The translations under genes and the position numbers were made by a program. DNA of 59,648 nucleotides, filler included, from Basidioascus undulatus (Eukaryota): assembly GCA_000826855.1 (NCBI GenBank). It is 8 parts of 8 records of this genome, joined end to end, with 100 filler letters (N's around TTAATTAATTAA, not from the genome) between each part and the next. Parts side by side here need not be neighbours in the genome. Positions count along the whole stretch, not along the records: positions 7,444 to 14,826 come from JTLS01001565.1; positions 14,927 to 22,308 come from JTLS01001566.1; 6 more parts are not named here. One strand, given 5' to 3'. Of this stretch, positions 10,065-22,408 are shown in pieces. Positions within the stretch are counted from its first letter, which is position 1. The number at the start of each line of letters is the position of its first letter. Below the pieces are notes generated by a model. The model had not been told where the DNA came from and ran no database searches. It was given only the letters and a program-made list of their open reading frames with translations.

Positions 10065-11315
10065 CTAGACAAGGGCAATCCCAGCCGAGAGCTGCTTCCT
10101 CACATCGCGAATGACCTCCGACGCAGCGAGCTCCGGATATAGCTTCACAAGCTCGTCCACCTCCTTCCCCGCAGCTCTCGCCGCCTCCTCAAGCTTCCCC
10201 TCAAACTCAATTTCCAACGCACGACGCACATGTTCCCATCCGATGCACACAGCGCGGAGGATAAGGCCCGACTCAACCGAACAGCGCGCTGCGAGCGCCG
10301 CGAAAGTCGGCTGCGGCCGAGGCGCGTCGGGGTGGGTTTGAAAGTAGAGCGCTTCGTGATGTTGCAGGCGTTGCACGTAGTATGGGAGATCGCCTGAAAG
10401 TATTTCGGGGAGATGCAACAACGCAGGGGTGATGAGCGGCCGGCGCACAGCGGTGAAACGGCTGCTCCAGTCGATGACACTGCGTGAAGACAGGGAAGGT
10501 AAGGGCGTTGCAATATCAGATTTGCAGACGAGCAATGGGGAAATAGCGTACCCAACGAGATTGAAGTCCTCGTCCCAGAAGATGTTCCCCCAGCGCAGGT
10601 CACTATGATGGATGGGGAACGGGCCATGTTCGAGCTCAGGCGGCAGTGCATCGTCCACGAGCGAGCGAAGGACGACCATGTCGAGCATGCTGACTTCGCA
10701 CGGACCTGTGATGCTCCCAGCTCGACAGCGGGAGATGATAACCCGGTCGAGATGATGCTTATAGAAGGCAGAAACAGAGGAGCCCGGCATAGCCGCGCTG
10801 TGAGGCGCCCCCCAAGCATCGCACGGGGGCGTGATCGAGTCGTACGTGAGGTCGATAACAAACTTGGAAACCTGATCGAGTATCTTGTACCGGACTTCGA
10901 TAGGATGAGACTCCCTCTCCAGGTTCACCGTCTGGCCCTCCACCCAGCTCATCAAGATGTACGGCAGGCCCACATCCCCGCCTTCCGGCTCGAAGGCATG
11001 CATTCGCGGAACAGGGAGGCTGGGGAGCGACTTCTCGGCGAAAAGCAGGAAAGCAGCCTCCGTGCAGAGATATTCCACACTGGCTGGCTCCGAGTCGAAG
11101 ATGAGCCCGAACTTCGCCGCCCAGCGGACGCCGTCCGAGAAAACGAGGCAGTACACAGCGTGCGAGGCGCCGTAGGCGGGGGAAGAGCTGGCCAAGACGC
11201 AGGTAATGTTGTGCCGCAAGGAGGAGGCGACCGCGATCAGTGCGGGGACGCTGAGGTGGGCGTCCAGCGCTGCGAGGGCCTCCTCGGTGCCTGGTACATC
11301 CGACGACTGGCTCAT
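10065..11315 (-). CDS. Fungal aminoglycoside-phosphotransferase-like (APH/choline-kinase fold) protein; one 72-nt in-frame intron at 10480-10551
   Basis: GASHAVYCLVFSDGVRWAAK, LPVPRMHAF, PYILMSWVEG and Brenner motif HHSDLRWGNIFWD. Removing GTACGC...CGCAG gives NLVGVIDWS. Confidence 0.85.
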   Translation of the reverse strand: MSQSSDVPGTEEALAALDAHLSVPALIAVASSLRHNITCVLASSSPAYGASHAVYCLVFSDGVRWAAKFGLIFDSEPASVEYLCTEAAFLLFAEKSLPSLPVPRMHAFEPEGGDVGLPYILMSWVEGQTVNLERESHPIEVRYKILDQVSKFVIDLTYDSITPPCDAWGAPHSAAMPGSSVSAFYKHHLDRVIISRCRAGSITGPCEVSMLDMVVLRSLVDDALPPELEHGPFPIHHSDLRWGNIFWDEDFNLVGYAISPLLVCKSDIATPLPSLSSRSVIDWSSRFTAVRRPLITPALLHLPEILSGDLPYYVQRLQHHEALYFQTHPDAPRPQPTFAALAARCSVESGLILRAVCIGWEHVRRALEIEFEGKLEEAARAAGKEVDELVKLYPELAASEVIRDVRKQLSAGIALV

Positions 11316-14300
11316 GATGCGCGATGATTGTGAAAGATGTCAGTGGGCAGCCGTCAGAAATGAGGAGATGGTAGAGGGGAAAGAAAGATTAGAGGGAGGG
11401 TTGCCACCTGACTCGAAGAGGAGAGGAGGGGATGGCCACGCGACGGGCCGTGTGGGCTATATAAGCCGTTCAAGCTGACGCCGAGTCAGAACAAAGGTAC
11501 GACACCTACAAACCCACAGATGAGAATCTTTCATCAAGAACTATAGCCAACAATACTTTTAGATAAAAGACTTTTAGACAGTCCCTTTCTTTCAAAAGGG
11601 ATGTCGCGTCGCGGATCGACAAGCTTGGACTCGACAAGCTCTACTAACAGTTTGCAACACAGCCTCGAGCGCTTTATTGCACCACCCCATGTTCCCTTTG
11701 TTTTCTCTTTGTGTGCAAGTGGGCTGAAAGTTCGGGATCCCGTTGATGCCGGTATGCGGGGTATGGACTCAGTAGTTATTCGAAGTTGACGGCGAATAAG
11801 TCGACGGCGACTGTGCGACGTTTCAACCCGCTGGCAGGTGATAATGCTCCGTGCCCAACGGTCAAAAACTAGCCCCTGGTAAAACAACTCCGCTAATGAT
11901 CCGTGAAAATCTCGTTCCTTTCTAGGACTCGGTAGGACGCTGAGAGCCCCAGGGGTGCTACGCGCTTGGACCTGTTTCAGACCCATTGGGCGGTATGATA
12001 GCCGGCTGGAGCAAAGTGACACATTGTATTGCTCTTTATGTATTATCTTTGGGGTTGTGTATTAAGATGTATCTAACTGGTTTGACCTCGCTTTTGTGAT
12101 GGGCTACGTATGTGCAAGCCGGCCCTGATTGCTCGCAGTTTTGCGCTGCAAATTCAAACGTTGTGAAGGAACCACTGACCAGACTGATCGAAGGCCGGAG
12201 ACGGAAATGGTTTTCGATTGCAAGTGGTCCTCTGAACATCATGCCTTGTTTTGAATCCCGAATGCCTTCTCTTGCACACCAAACCACTCAGCTTGAGAGG
12301 CTTAGTAGCACATGGCATCCTATGCGGGCTAGGATCGCCGACATCAATGCCACGCAATCCCCTTCAGAGCAATTGGTAGGCGAGTCCAGATCACTGAGTG
12401 CTTGCAAATGAAATAAACTGAACATGCATACCAAACATCTTGTAAGAAAATGCTCCTAGGGATAGCCAATGCGGCGTTCGAATTGGAGGCAGGGTGTTGA
12501 GTGTGGCATATACGTAGCTGTTGGTCTAGCTTGCCTGCGCTACGGGCGCTGGCTCGGCAAGAAGTGATGGAGGTAGGAATTGTGTGGTGTACACCAAAAC
12601 TTCGGACGAGACCAGTAGAGTGTGTGCTTGACTAAGGTGCTGAAGACGTACATACTCCGTGCAGCTGCAGCACTATCGAGTCCTTTGGTTGGCCAAGGCC
12701 TTTGCGTATTTGGGCCTGCTCTCCACCTCTCAGGCTGAACATGCCTCGATATCACCCCCTGGCAGAGCTTTTCCAAGGTGGATTCACACCATCGTCACTC
12801 CTCGCAGCCGCAGACAGTCCTTACTTAGACTCACATGCTGTGGTGTGGCTAGTCTGGCAGTGCCCACCCACTAAGTAGGCGTGTCATGCTCACCACTGCC
12901 CGGACAGGGTTTAAAAAGTCATGCATCACAACTGGATATGGCTCACGGGGACGTCGCATAAAACAGCAAAAAGATACGACCAGAGCAGGATTTGAACCTA
13001 CGCGGGCAGAGCCCATGAGATATCGAGTTCATTCGAGTCTCACGCCTTAACCGCTCGGCCATCTGGTCATATTGGTGAGCTGTCTTAATTAGTCCAGGTT
13101 TCCATGTCGACCTTACGTTAGCGTGCGTTGCCGAGTGTCGTCCAGGCACCTAAGGTACAGCGGTTTGGGAAGGCAGGTCTTTCTTGGCGAAAAGCAAGTC
13201 TTTCTTGGTGAAAAGAAAGATATAGATAGGTTTTCAGGATCAATGACAACGTTATGAGGAGCATGTGGAAAGCTTTGACTGAAACTACGAGTGCGCGCCA
13301 GAGCATGATTGGCCTGAACGCGGAGACCCTTTGAAGGCATATTCGAGACACAGTCTTGTATGCATGAGCTCGATTCAAGATGTCTTTTGAGTATTCCGCC
13401 ACCGCAGTCGCCAGCAATTTGATCGAACTCGGATGTGTAACCGTGGCAAGGCAGTAAACGTGGCTGCAGTCTGCTCTCGCCCTCCCAAGTTCCCACAACG
13501 GTGGAATAATGCAAATGGCTCGCATTTCCAAACAACTGCCTTTCATACCGTGTAGGCATTGGGCAATACAGACGGAATGGAGAGCAGTTTGCCCAATACC
13601 GCCTGTCCACCGGGCTGCACCGGCATGCCACCAGCGCCGCTGGCTTGACTTGCGGCGACCGAGCGGACTAGCGTAGTTGTTGAGACTATTGCCGGGCCCG
13701 CCGCGCTCGCGCTCGCTGCTGCGCCTCTCGTCCTGGCCTCCATCTATAGCTCGCCCCCGCTGTTGTTCACGCTTTCCTCCCCATCCACAACGGTCTCGGC
13801 GCCCACATCCTCAGCCCCGCCCAGCGAGACCCAGGGCGACCGCCGTGCTTGTGCGTCCGCGGCCTTTGACGCGCCTCCCGTTGGGCACAGCCCCTTGGCG
13901 GCTCCCCTCCCCTCCCCCGCGTCTCGCGCGTGCGCTGTCACACCCCTACGCTGGCAGCTGCTCATCCCAGTCGACTGTGTTGCGCCGCCAGATCCCTCAC
14001 GCACCGGCGACACACTGGACTGTACATTGAAGGGGCTTCTGCAGGATCGCAGCGCTCGGTGAGTCAACAGTCCTCGCTAGGCTTCGACGGCCGCTGTTCC
14101 CCCGCATCGTCATCGGGTTCCATCCAGTGGGGGTTCCTGCACACTCGCTGCCTCTCGTCTCGTCCCGTGCTGCTGCGGCACGGCACTTGTTACCCATCTC
14201 CCATCAAACACACCCTGACATCGTGCCGGGCATCCTCAGCGCGTAACCCGATTCTGATTCCACTCCCACCATCACCAGCGAAGACGCCCAGCCTCTGCCG

Positions 14301-14826
14301 TCTCAGGAGCCTGCCTCCCCCGCGCCCCCCTTCTCTCCTCGAAGCGTGGACGACCCAAACCATCCGAGCCGGTACCAGTACCAGTGCTTGAAACAATTCA
14401 CCTCTATTACAGCAGGTGAGAGGCTGCTCCCCTACTTGCGAGCGGGTATCGTGGGCGGGCAGTGAAGCCGGAGTGGAGTGATCGAGAGGAGGTTCCGCCG
14501 AAGGCACGATACCGCGGTGCTGGGAAGACGCCAGGGGTGAGAAGAAGCGGTTTGTGGGTCAACAAGATCCGCATACTGTTACCGCCATCCGAACGAAACT
14601 CAGGATCGGGTTCAAAACGCTCACGGTGACGCCCCCCTTCGCCCGAGCAGACACCGCCTACAGCTCGCCGTGCGTGCTTGCCGCCGGTCCTGAATCTTCC
14701 TAGTCCACGTGAGCCAGTGTTCTTCTAGCGGTGGCGTCTTCCTTCGCTGTGCTGGGTTTGGGAGGGTAATAGTCTGCAGGTGCCCATGCTGCCTAGGCCT
14801 TGTGCCAAGAGCCTACAGGCCACCTG

Positions 14827-14926
14827 NNNNNNNNNNNNNNNNNNNNNNNNNNNNNNNNNNNNNNNNNNNNTTAATTAATTAANNNNNNNNNNNNNNNNNN
14901 NNNNNNNNNNNNNNNNNNNNNNNNNN
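14827..14926. other. Artificial contig-concatenation linker
   Basis: N44-TTAATTAATTAA-N44. Confidence 0.99.
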
Positions 14927-15014
14927 ATGTTGGGCGGGTGCGGCATAGGCGGGCGGAGGGGGTCGAGCGGCGGAGGATTAGTTGACGCAGGGGGGAGGAG
15001 GCTATGCGGGTCAT
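14927..15014 (-). CDS. Probable 5' end of an unidentified gene (mitochondrial presequence-like), cut by the contig edge
   Basis: CCAGC-ATG then MTRIASSPLRQLILRRSTPSARLCRTRPT: Arg/Ser/Leu-rich, no acidic residues, preceded by a pyrimidine-rich leader. Confidence 0.35.
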
Positions 15015-18000
15015 GCTGGATGGTGGTGGTGGGTGGCAAGAAGGGTGGGCGTTGGGGGTGAGGATGAGGATGAGTGCAAGTGGAGGAAAGCCAAAGTCGG
15101 AGCGTTGAGCGTGAGTCTTTCAAAGCGGCTGACCGGCGGCAATTCGCGGACGCTGTGACGCCACGCCGATCAACATTGCCTGGAAGCTGATTGGCTGAAG
15201 CCGATGCGCGCGAGTCCGCGCAGTCTTCCCGCCGTGACTGTTCGCTGTGGGCGCAAATCTGTTCTTCGACCTTCGCCCAGTCAGCCTTTTCTTGAAACGA
15301 CAAAAGGACAATTCCGCTTGGTGTTCAAGAGCTCCGGGGACGGCAGCTGGATTGAACGGGAAGGGCGAGAAGACGAGCGGCGCTTCCTCCGCGCATCTCC
15401 GAACTGCCACTTGGTGTGCAGTGCTCTCTTTCGCACGATGAACACCTCCCAGTCCCAACGTCTTTGGTGGGGAACACACTTGGAATTCGGTAACGCGTTT
15501 CTTTTCCGATCTTGTGAGTGAGAATGGCATGCGTGCAAAGTCAACAGTCCGACACGTTCAGCCAGTGTTTCCATTAAGGCCCAGCGCTGTCACCGTTGCA
15601 CAGTGCACAGCGACAGAGCACGAAAGCGGATAATGATCGTCCGATAGGATTATAAATGGCGACATAAGGGGGTTGAGGGATGTGTGTAGGGTCGTAAGGA
15701 AGAAGGTTGTCGATCGGTCGTCACGTTGTGCAAAAAGCACTTGCTGGAAAACTTGCAAAGACTTTAAAGAGGTCCTTGGCCAACTAGCTACATCGTATTG
15801 ATTTCAATCAACCTTCACTTGACGAAGCCGCGGGGTATCATCCCGCCTTGGTCACTCCTTTTGTTCCTTTTTTGCAGCACAGAACTTCTCCTACATTTCT
15901 TCAGGTTAACCAAACACGGTATTTCCATTCACGAAGCACGTGGACGGGGGATCTAATCCCTCCTCGATCGCGCTTTTTGCACTTTGCTTCAGGTCCCAAG
16001 CGTTCTTTACTGTCTCCTTAGCGAATTGGTCTCTATCTTTCCCCATCATTGTGCTTCAAAGCAATTCACTGCTGCACCGGCAGCCAACCAGTCCACATCT
16101 CCCGCGGGTGAATGGGTGCTGAAGACCGCTCGGCAGAACACAGCCTGAGATAGTGCTGGGAGCAGCTTTGAATCAAGCAGATATTATTATGTGATTGACA
16201 TGCTCACTCTGGGACGGAAAAGGTGAAAACACCAGGCACAGCGCGGGGGCATGAGCCCTCCTCACCACTGCCTTACTCCCACAGAGGAAAGCACCAGTGC
16301 TCTTCACTTGATAGGGAAAGCGGACAAGAAAAATGGAAAAGAAAGGCACTGGGGTAAGAGCCGACTCAGAGCAGTTCCACCGGAGATCCCCAGGACGAAG
16401 CGAAGCACCTTGGTCGCTGCTCAGCTCCCTTCTCCTTGCTACAGGCACCAGAAAACACATTATCGTAAGTCTATGCAGCAGAAAGGAAGCATAAAGTAAT
16501 CCCACCGGTACTGACTCCCAGATCATTGCGCTCATACAGGGCCGCAACTGCAGCAGTTCCGAAGGGGCAATGGCCAAGTAGCTACCCAGACATTCAGCGA
16601 TGCCGAGCACTCGTTCGGGGGATCTCATTCCCTCTTGGTCGCTTTCCTTTTTTGCTGGTGCTACACTTGATCCCGGCAGGCATAGTTCTTTCCATTGCCA
16701 CCGAGCGATCTCCGCGTCCGAGACTCGTATGCAAAAGGACTCTGGCCATATGCTTTTTGCCTATGTGTGGAGAAATGATAGGATGGTGCCTTGTTTTTCA
16801 AGCGAGCCATGGCCAGTAGCTACTCAGACATCTTCGTCGAAGCCGAGCACGCTCGGGGGATCTCATCCCCCCCTTGGTCTCTTCTTTTGTGTTTCTTGCG
16901 GACGGATGCAGCATCGCGTTGAATGTAGTCAGGACACAAGATGTGAACTGGGCTGATTATCTTTTGTTTATTTGTTGGTGACCTCGGGGTGCGTTCCCTG
17001 CGCAGCGTTCGACCGACTGTCATGTTTGCCTCTGAGCAGGCGTTCTTTTCCCGATGTGGTGGCTGCGAGGGACCATTCACAGCAGTGTATATCCAAAGAA
17101 ACAAAGCCTTCCAAGAAATGTCCGCTTCAATAGCCTCGACTCCAGAACCACCACCGCCCGCCCTACTGCGCTCCCAGACCCGCCTGAGCTGCCCCCGTCC
17201 CCGCCACCGCCTGCCCGCCCTGGGGTATGGGCGCCCCACCTGGAAGGCGCAAGAGCTTCCTCAGCTTTCCTCCAAGGTCGACATCTTCCGCAAGGACCAC
17301 CGAGGCTCCAACGAATCTCAAGACCAGGCAGCTAAAGTCGAGGGCAGACCACACATGCTCGAGGGCTGTTGCGTGCAGAACCCACCCACACACACACGCC
17401 ACGATCAGGACAGCTAGTAATCCATCTCTAGTAGCTAGCAGAGTGGGATGGGCGCACCTCAAGCGTAATCCAGTGGCCGCAGAGCGCGACGATCGACACG
17501 AGCCGGGCGCGCAGCTGACAGACGACGAGGGGCGCGAGCTCGACGAGACCAGGAGCAGGAATGCCGAGTTTCGTGAGATTGGTGAGGGTATAGCATAGGT
17601 ACTTTCAGGAGAACGCGGTGGTGAAGATGAGGACAGCGTGCACGAGGGGCAGCGAGGCGCCAGGGAGAACACCGAGCCCGCGGTCGTGGGCGCCGCGGCG
17701 TTGGCGTCTTTAGGCGTCAGCGGTGGTGAGGAGCAGGACGCCGACGGCGAAGAGAGAGAACGTGAGCAGGGGTTGTATCTCGGGGGGTGCGGGTGGTGGT
17801 GGGTGGTAGAGGGCAAGCAGAGAGTCCAGCAAGAAAGAGGAAGGCACGAGGCGACTTCGTGGCCGAGGGGCAGCTGCCGCGTTTCCGGCTGAGGGCGTCA
17901 GAGTACAAGGTGACCCGCCAAAAAACAGTATTCTCATTTCTGATCTCCTCAGTCCAGACTACCTACTCACAAGAACGGATGGAACGAGAGTCGAAGTGGC

Positions 18001-19338
18001 AGTCGTTGTTCACTGTACCTGAATGCCAGCATGCTTTGAGCCCCTACGCCTGATGTTCTGCATTTGACGAAGTGCGACTCGGTGAAAGGAAATTCCTTCA
18101 TGGAGCAAGTAGCAGGATAAAGACAGGCGAAAGGTATAGACTTGCAGGCGGCCAGGCGAGCTTGCGCTGCAACACTTGCAATCCTGCGGAGACTGAAGTT
18201 TCGACACAGGAAGCGATCATGCGCTCGACTTCGTAACAGACTTGCCTGCCAGAGGGCTCAGACACCAGACCAGCACGGTTATCGATAAGCCCCAGCCCTA
18301 TTCCCACAGCACCTCAGATCAGAGAGGAGTCGCGGCCAGCGAGCGTAAGCGCCGGGAACGCTGCCGCACCCCAGCGAGCTCTTCCTTTAGAAGCGATGAT
18401 CCCAGGTTCCGCCTTATCACCAATGCCAGCTATCCCGTTTTCCACCTGCTCTCCATGTATCTCGCCGGCAGGCTGCTCGTCGAGTGGCACAGGCGCTGGC
18501 GGAAGTGGAGCAGGTGCTGGCAGGCGCTTGTGCAGCTGCGGCTGGAGGAGCAAGGGCGAGGAGGATGAAGCCCTACGTGGTCGTCGGACGCGTTAAGGGT
18601 CAGGCCGACGCAATCCGTGCAGTGTCACAGGTCCCCGATTTCTAACCGTCCCCATCCCGGACAGGTCAGATAATGAAAGCGGGACTCCGTCCCCGACATG
18701 GTCTGGAGCGTATGCTGGAGCGTACCTTCGAGAATCTCCAAGCACCACCCGCCTCATGAAATGCGTCCAGTCCGCGCATAAGACGCAAGCGTACGTAGAT
18801 CCGAAGCCTTGCACAGTGTGATGGCATGAAAAAAGTGCTTTTGAATTATTGGTATGAGTTCTTTTCCGATCTGGTTCAAAAAATGGACCAAATGCAGATG
18901 TTCAAAGAGCGCCCGCCAAGTAGCTTCATTTTCCATCAACCGAGGGCGTCGAGCGTGCCCATCCCTCTGGTCACTTTTCTTTCTGGACAGCCTGACGGCT
19001 GACGGTGTTTCCACCCACCATTGACAACGTGATTCGTGCTTGACAGCGCACAGCGTGCAGTGTGCTTGCGAAGGTCCTAACGTTGGTTGTCTTTCGACTC
19101 GACGCTTTAATGGAAACGAGCTAGTTCCCGAATTCCTCGAAAGTGTTATTTCTTCATTCATAGATCCATGCGGCAACTCGGACTGTCAAGGAATCATACG
19201 TGGATGAGTGAGCCAAGTACTGCTCCTCTGCGATATAGTTGTCTGTTGCCGCCGAAGCGCTCGATTCCAGTATCACACTCAATGAAATCTCCGATGAATC
19301 CATGGTTCCAAATAACAAAAGCGAAGGAATCCAGTCCT

Positions 19339-21306
19339 TCAGGGATTGTTCACGCTCTTAGCGAAGCCGATGCGCGAACCACCGTAGTCGAAGACAGAGT
19401 ACCCTGCAGGACAAGATGGCGATAAGCTCGATATGCCGGTCTAACATTGGACACCTGTAAGCTCTGACGTGCAGCTCTTCAAAAACTCGTCGCCGACGAT
19501 GGCGAGGTTCTTAGGGAACCCTTGAGGTGCAGCGAGGATGCCGGCGATGCAGGTGCTGTCGAACAGTCATTCTTCGTCAGTCGATGCATCACGAGGAAGC
19601 AAGTGTTACGAAAGAACGCACGACGAGCCCCTCCCCGTCCTGCCAAGGTTGAAGTCCCTCGGGAAGAGCGCGAGCTTCTGCTTCGACGGCGCAGTGCCGA
19701 AACTGAGCGAGACGACGGCCTTGGACGTGCAGGGGAAGCTGTAGTAGCCGGGTCCGAACGAATCTGCGCGGGCTGCGCCGGGGAGCTGCAAGGTTGTAAA
19801 GGGACCGTCAGAAGCGTGTCTGAGTACATAGGGAGGTGGGACGGCGAATGTGCCTTCGAGAAGAAGGCGTCGGCGATGGAACGTGGAAGGTAGATGAGCG
19901 TCGTGCCGGTGTCGATAGCCTGATGCCTCAAATGTCAGCTAAAGCGCCCGGGACAATAGTGAGAACGGAGACGTACCGCCAGCAGGCCAGAAGTGGGCGT
20001 ATAAGTGTTGATGCTGTCGACCCACAGGCCGCTCACTGCCAAGGTCCAGTAGCTCTGCGCGGCGCACCAACCACGTCAGTCCTTCATCTCCACCACAAAT
20101 ACACCTGAGCGGCCAACGCACCTTGGACTGCACAGGATAGAACATCATGTTCCCGCTGAACAGCTTCGAGTTGTAGCAGCCGATGCAGAGCTGGCACATG
20201 TGCACCCGACAGCCAGTCAGTCAACGAACGACCTCGACGCTACGTGGCAAACACACCTCCGACCCCTCTTTCTGCTTCCTCGTCAGGTGGAACGAGAACG
20301 CCGCGGCGCCGACGCCCCCGTCCTGGACGAGGCGCTCGAACCACGGCGTCTTGCCCGAGGTCGCAACCGCCTCGAACGCCATTCCTGTCCCCACGCCCCC
20401 CAAGCCTCTTTCCATCAGTACCGAAACAATACCATGCCGCTCGGCCTGCGAAGCAACGCACCCATCATTCCCTCATAAGGCGCCTTCCGAAACTCGTCGC
20501 TGCGCTCCTGCACCGCGCCGAGGTCCTGCGCTTTCACAGCGAGCGCCCCAAGCGACACCGTGTCCGCCGCGAGCGTGCCCGCTGCGCGGCCGGTGCCGTA
20601 CTGGACTGCGAAGGGCTCGGCGGGGGAGGAGGGGAAGAAGGAGGAGGAGGAGGGGGGGTCGAAGCACGTTGGGCAGGAGGAGGAAGAGCCGGAGGTGGTG
20701 GTGGGAACCCAGAGGTCGGCGCTACCTGCGCACACGCGTGGGGAGGTAAGGTCTCGAGGGCAGGGAGGTGCAATGGGAAGAAGGATGCCACGACTAACCG
20801 GTGTCGAAGTTAACGCGAAGCTCCTGCTTCGGCGTACCTGCTCGCCGGAACCACATTAGCTGCCGACCTTCTCGCGCATCCTCCCCCTCCAACGACAACG
20901 CACCGATCCCAACCACCCCATAATAGCTCAAATCCAGCCCGCCCACCACATGGTCCGTAAGTTCCACCCTCGCCCACCCCGCGCCCCCTTGGCCTTGCGC
21001 ACCAGCAGCCGTCCCGACATCCCTTAGGCCGAGCAGATCCTGCGCTACCTGGGCGACCCACGAGAAGTTGTCGCTGCGCGTCGTGCCGGAGAGGAACGCC
21101 TCGGCGCCGGCGTACTTGTCTTGCATCCGCGAGAACTCGGACTCGAGGCTGGCGGGTTCGAAGATCGGGATGTCGTCCGCGTCAGTGTCGGAGGTGGATG
21201 AGGGAAGGGGAAGGGAAGGAGGGAGGGGGGGCGTGCCGGCACGGGGGATGTGGAGCGCTCGGGAGAGGAGAGGGAGAGCGAGCGCGGGGAAGAGGGTGGT
21301 GCGCAT
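19339..21306 (-). CDS. Secreted pepsin-family (A1) aspartic protease, multi-exon
   Basis: Signal peptide MRTTLFPALALPLLSRA, YYGVVGIG, first catalytic motif FDTG|SADLWV, flap QYGTG, second catalytic motif AIDTGTTLIYLP, and C-terminus IVGDEFLKSWYSVFDYGGSRIGFAKSVNNP*. Two of the introns need GC donors. Confidence 0.93.
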
Positions 21307-21476
21307 GGTGAGGGATTGAGGGAGGCCGGCTCCTAGATGAATGGGATAGTGAGGCTAGGCTCGCCGGGAGCGGGGAAAATGTGGATGAGGGAACGAGGGA
21401 GAAGTGCGGAAGAGGAGGAGCGGTATTTGAGTGCGAAGAGCGAGACATCGCGATAGGGACGTAGGGCCCGGCTGGC

Positions 21477-21645
21477 GTCAGGTCAGTCAGCTACGGGTCA
21501 GTCCGAAGCGAAGAAGTGACTCCTGGAAGGCTCGAGCGGTAGGCGTCAGTCCGCGAAGCAACGCGGTCTAGCGCGTCAGTAGGACGAAAGGTGCGAGTAG
21601 CGAGCGAGGGTCAGCTGCGAAGCCAACGCTAGTCCGAACAGTCAG
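21477..21645. promoter_or_regulatory. Cluster of eight GTCAG (CTGAC on minus) motifs upstream of the aspartic protease
   Basis: GTCAG at about 21477, 21482, 21486, 21497, 21545, 21575, 21610 and 21641, plus TGACTC near 21517. The regulatory role is inferred only from position. Confidence 0.4.
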
Positions 21646-21846
21646 TCCCGGTTTCAAGACGGCGGCCGTCCTCCAAAGCAAGCGCCAACATCCGAAGCAG
21701 CTGCAGCAACGGAACCCGTATTATCGTCGTCGCAAGTTGTGTAGTAGGTCATGAGAAAGTGACTGCTGTACACGCTCGAGGATAAGAAGCACAGTAGCGA
21801 AGAACCACCACTACCCGTCACCCGTCAACCCCATCGACTGGCACGT

Positions 21847-22308
21847 CTACCAGTCCTCGTTACCGTGCTCGAACCTGGTTGGGAGCAGCGAAGCTGGGTC
21901 AGGCAAAGGGAAGAGAGGGGAGGGGGAAACTTAAAGCGAGAATCCAAAGCCGGAACGCACAGGTAGTTAGCCGCGAGCTCCTCGTTCCCGTCGCAGGCCA
22001 TGAGCGCCTGCGCGCAGACCTCCCTGGGGAACCCGAGGGCCTCAAGCCTCGCGACCGCGGCAGCCTGGTCCTCCGTAAGGTGGATGACCTGCCCCATCCC
22101 CTCGTCGTCCTCGAAGTCGCCCTCGCCGGCGCCCTCGCCGGAAAGGAGGTCGAGCAGCGCGCCCGGGTTCGCCGCGAGCGCCTGCGCGAGCTGCGGGTTC
22201 GCAGCGGCGATCTGCTGGATCAAAGGCTGCAACAGCGCGGGATTCGACTGCGCCGCGGCGGCCAGCTGCGCAAGCCCTGCGCCCTGCCCGCCCAGACCCC
22301 CCGCGCCC
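21847..22308 (-). CDS. RAD23: UV excision repair protein Rad23, C-terminal part (XPC-binding/STI1 plus UBA2)
   Basis: NPALLQPLIQQIAAANPQLAQALAANP, then IHLTEDQAAAVARLEALGFPREVCAQALMACDGNEELAANYL | FEHGNEDW*. Confidence 0.95.
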
Positions 22309-22408
22309 NNNNNNNNNNNNNNNNNNNNNNNNNNNNNNNNNNNNNNNNNNNNTTAATTAATTAANNNNNNNNNNNNNNNNNNNNNNNNNNNNNNNNNNNN
22401 NNNNNNNN
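22309..22408. other. Artificial contig-concatenation linker
   Basis: N44-TTAATTAATTAA-N44. Confidence 0.99.

Noticed and set aside
10065..11315. Horizontally acquired bacterial aminoglycoside-resistance gene
   Set aside because: It has a spliceosomal intron and the architecture of the widespread fungal APH-like family; nothing indicates an antibiotic substrate.
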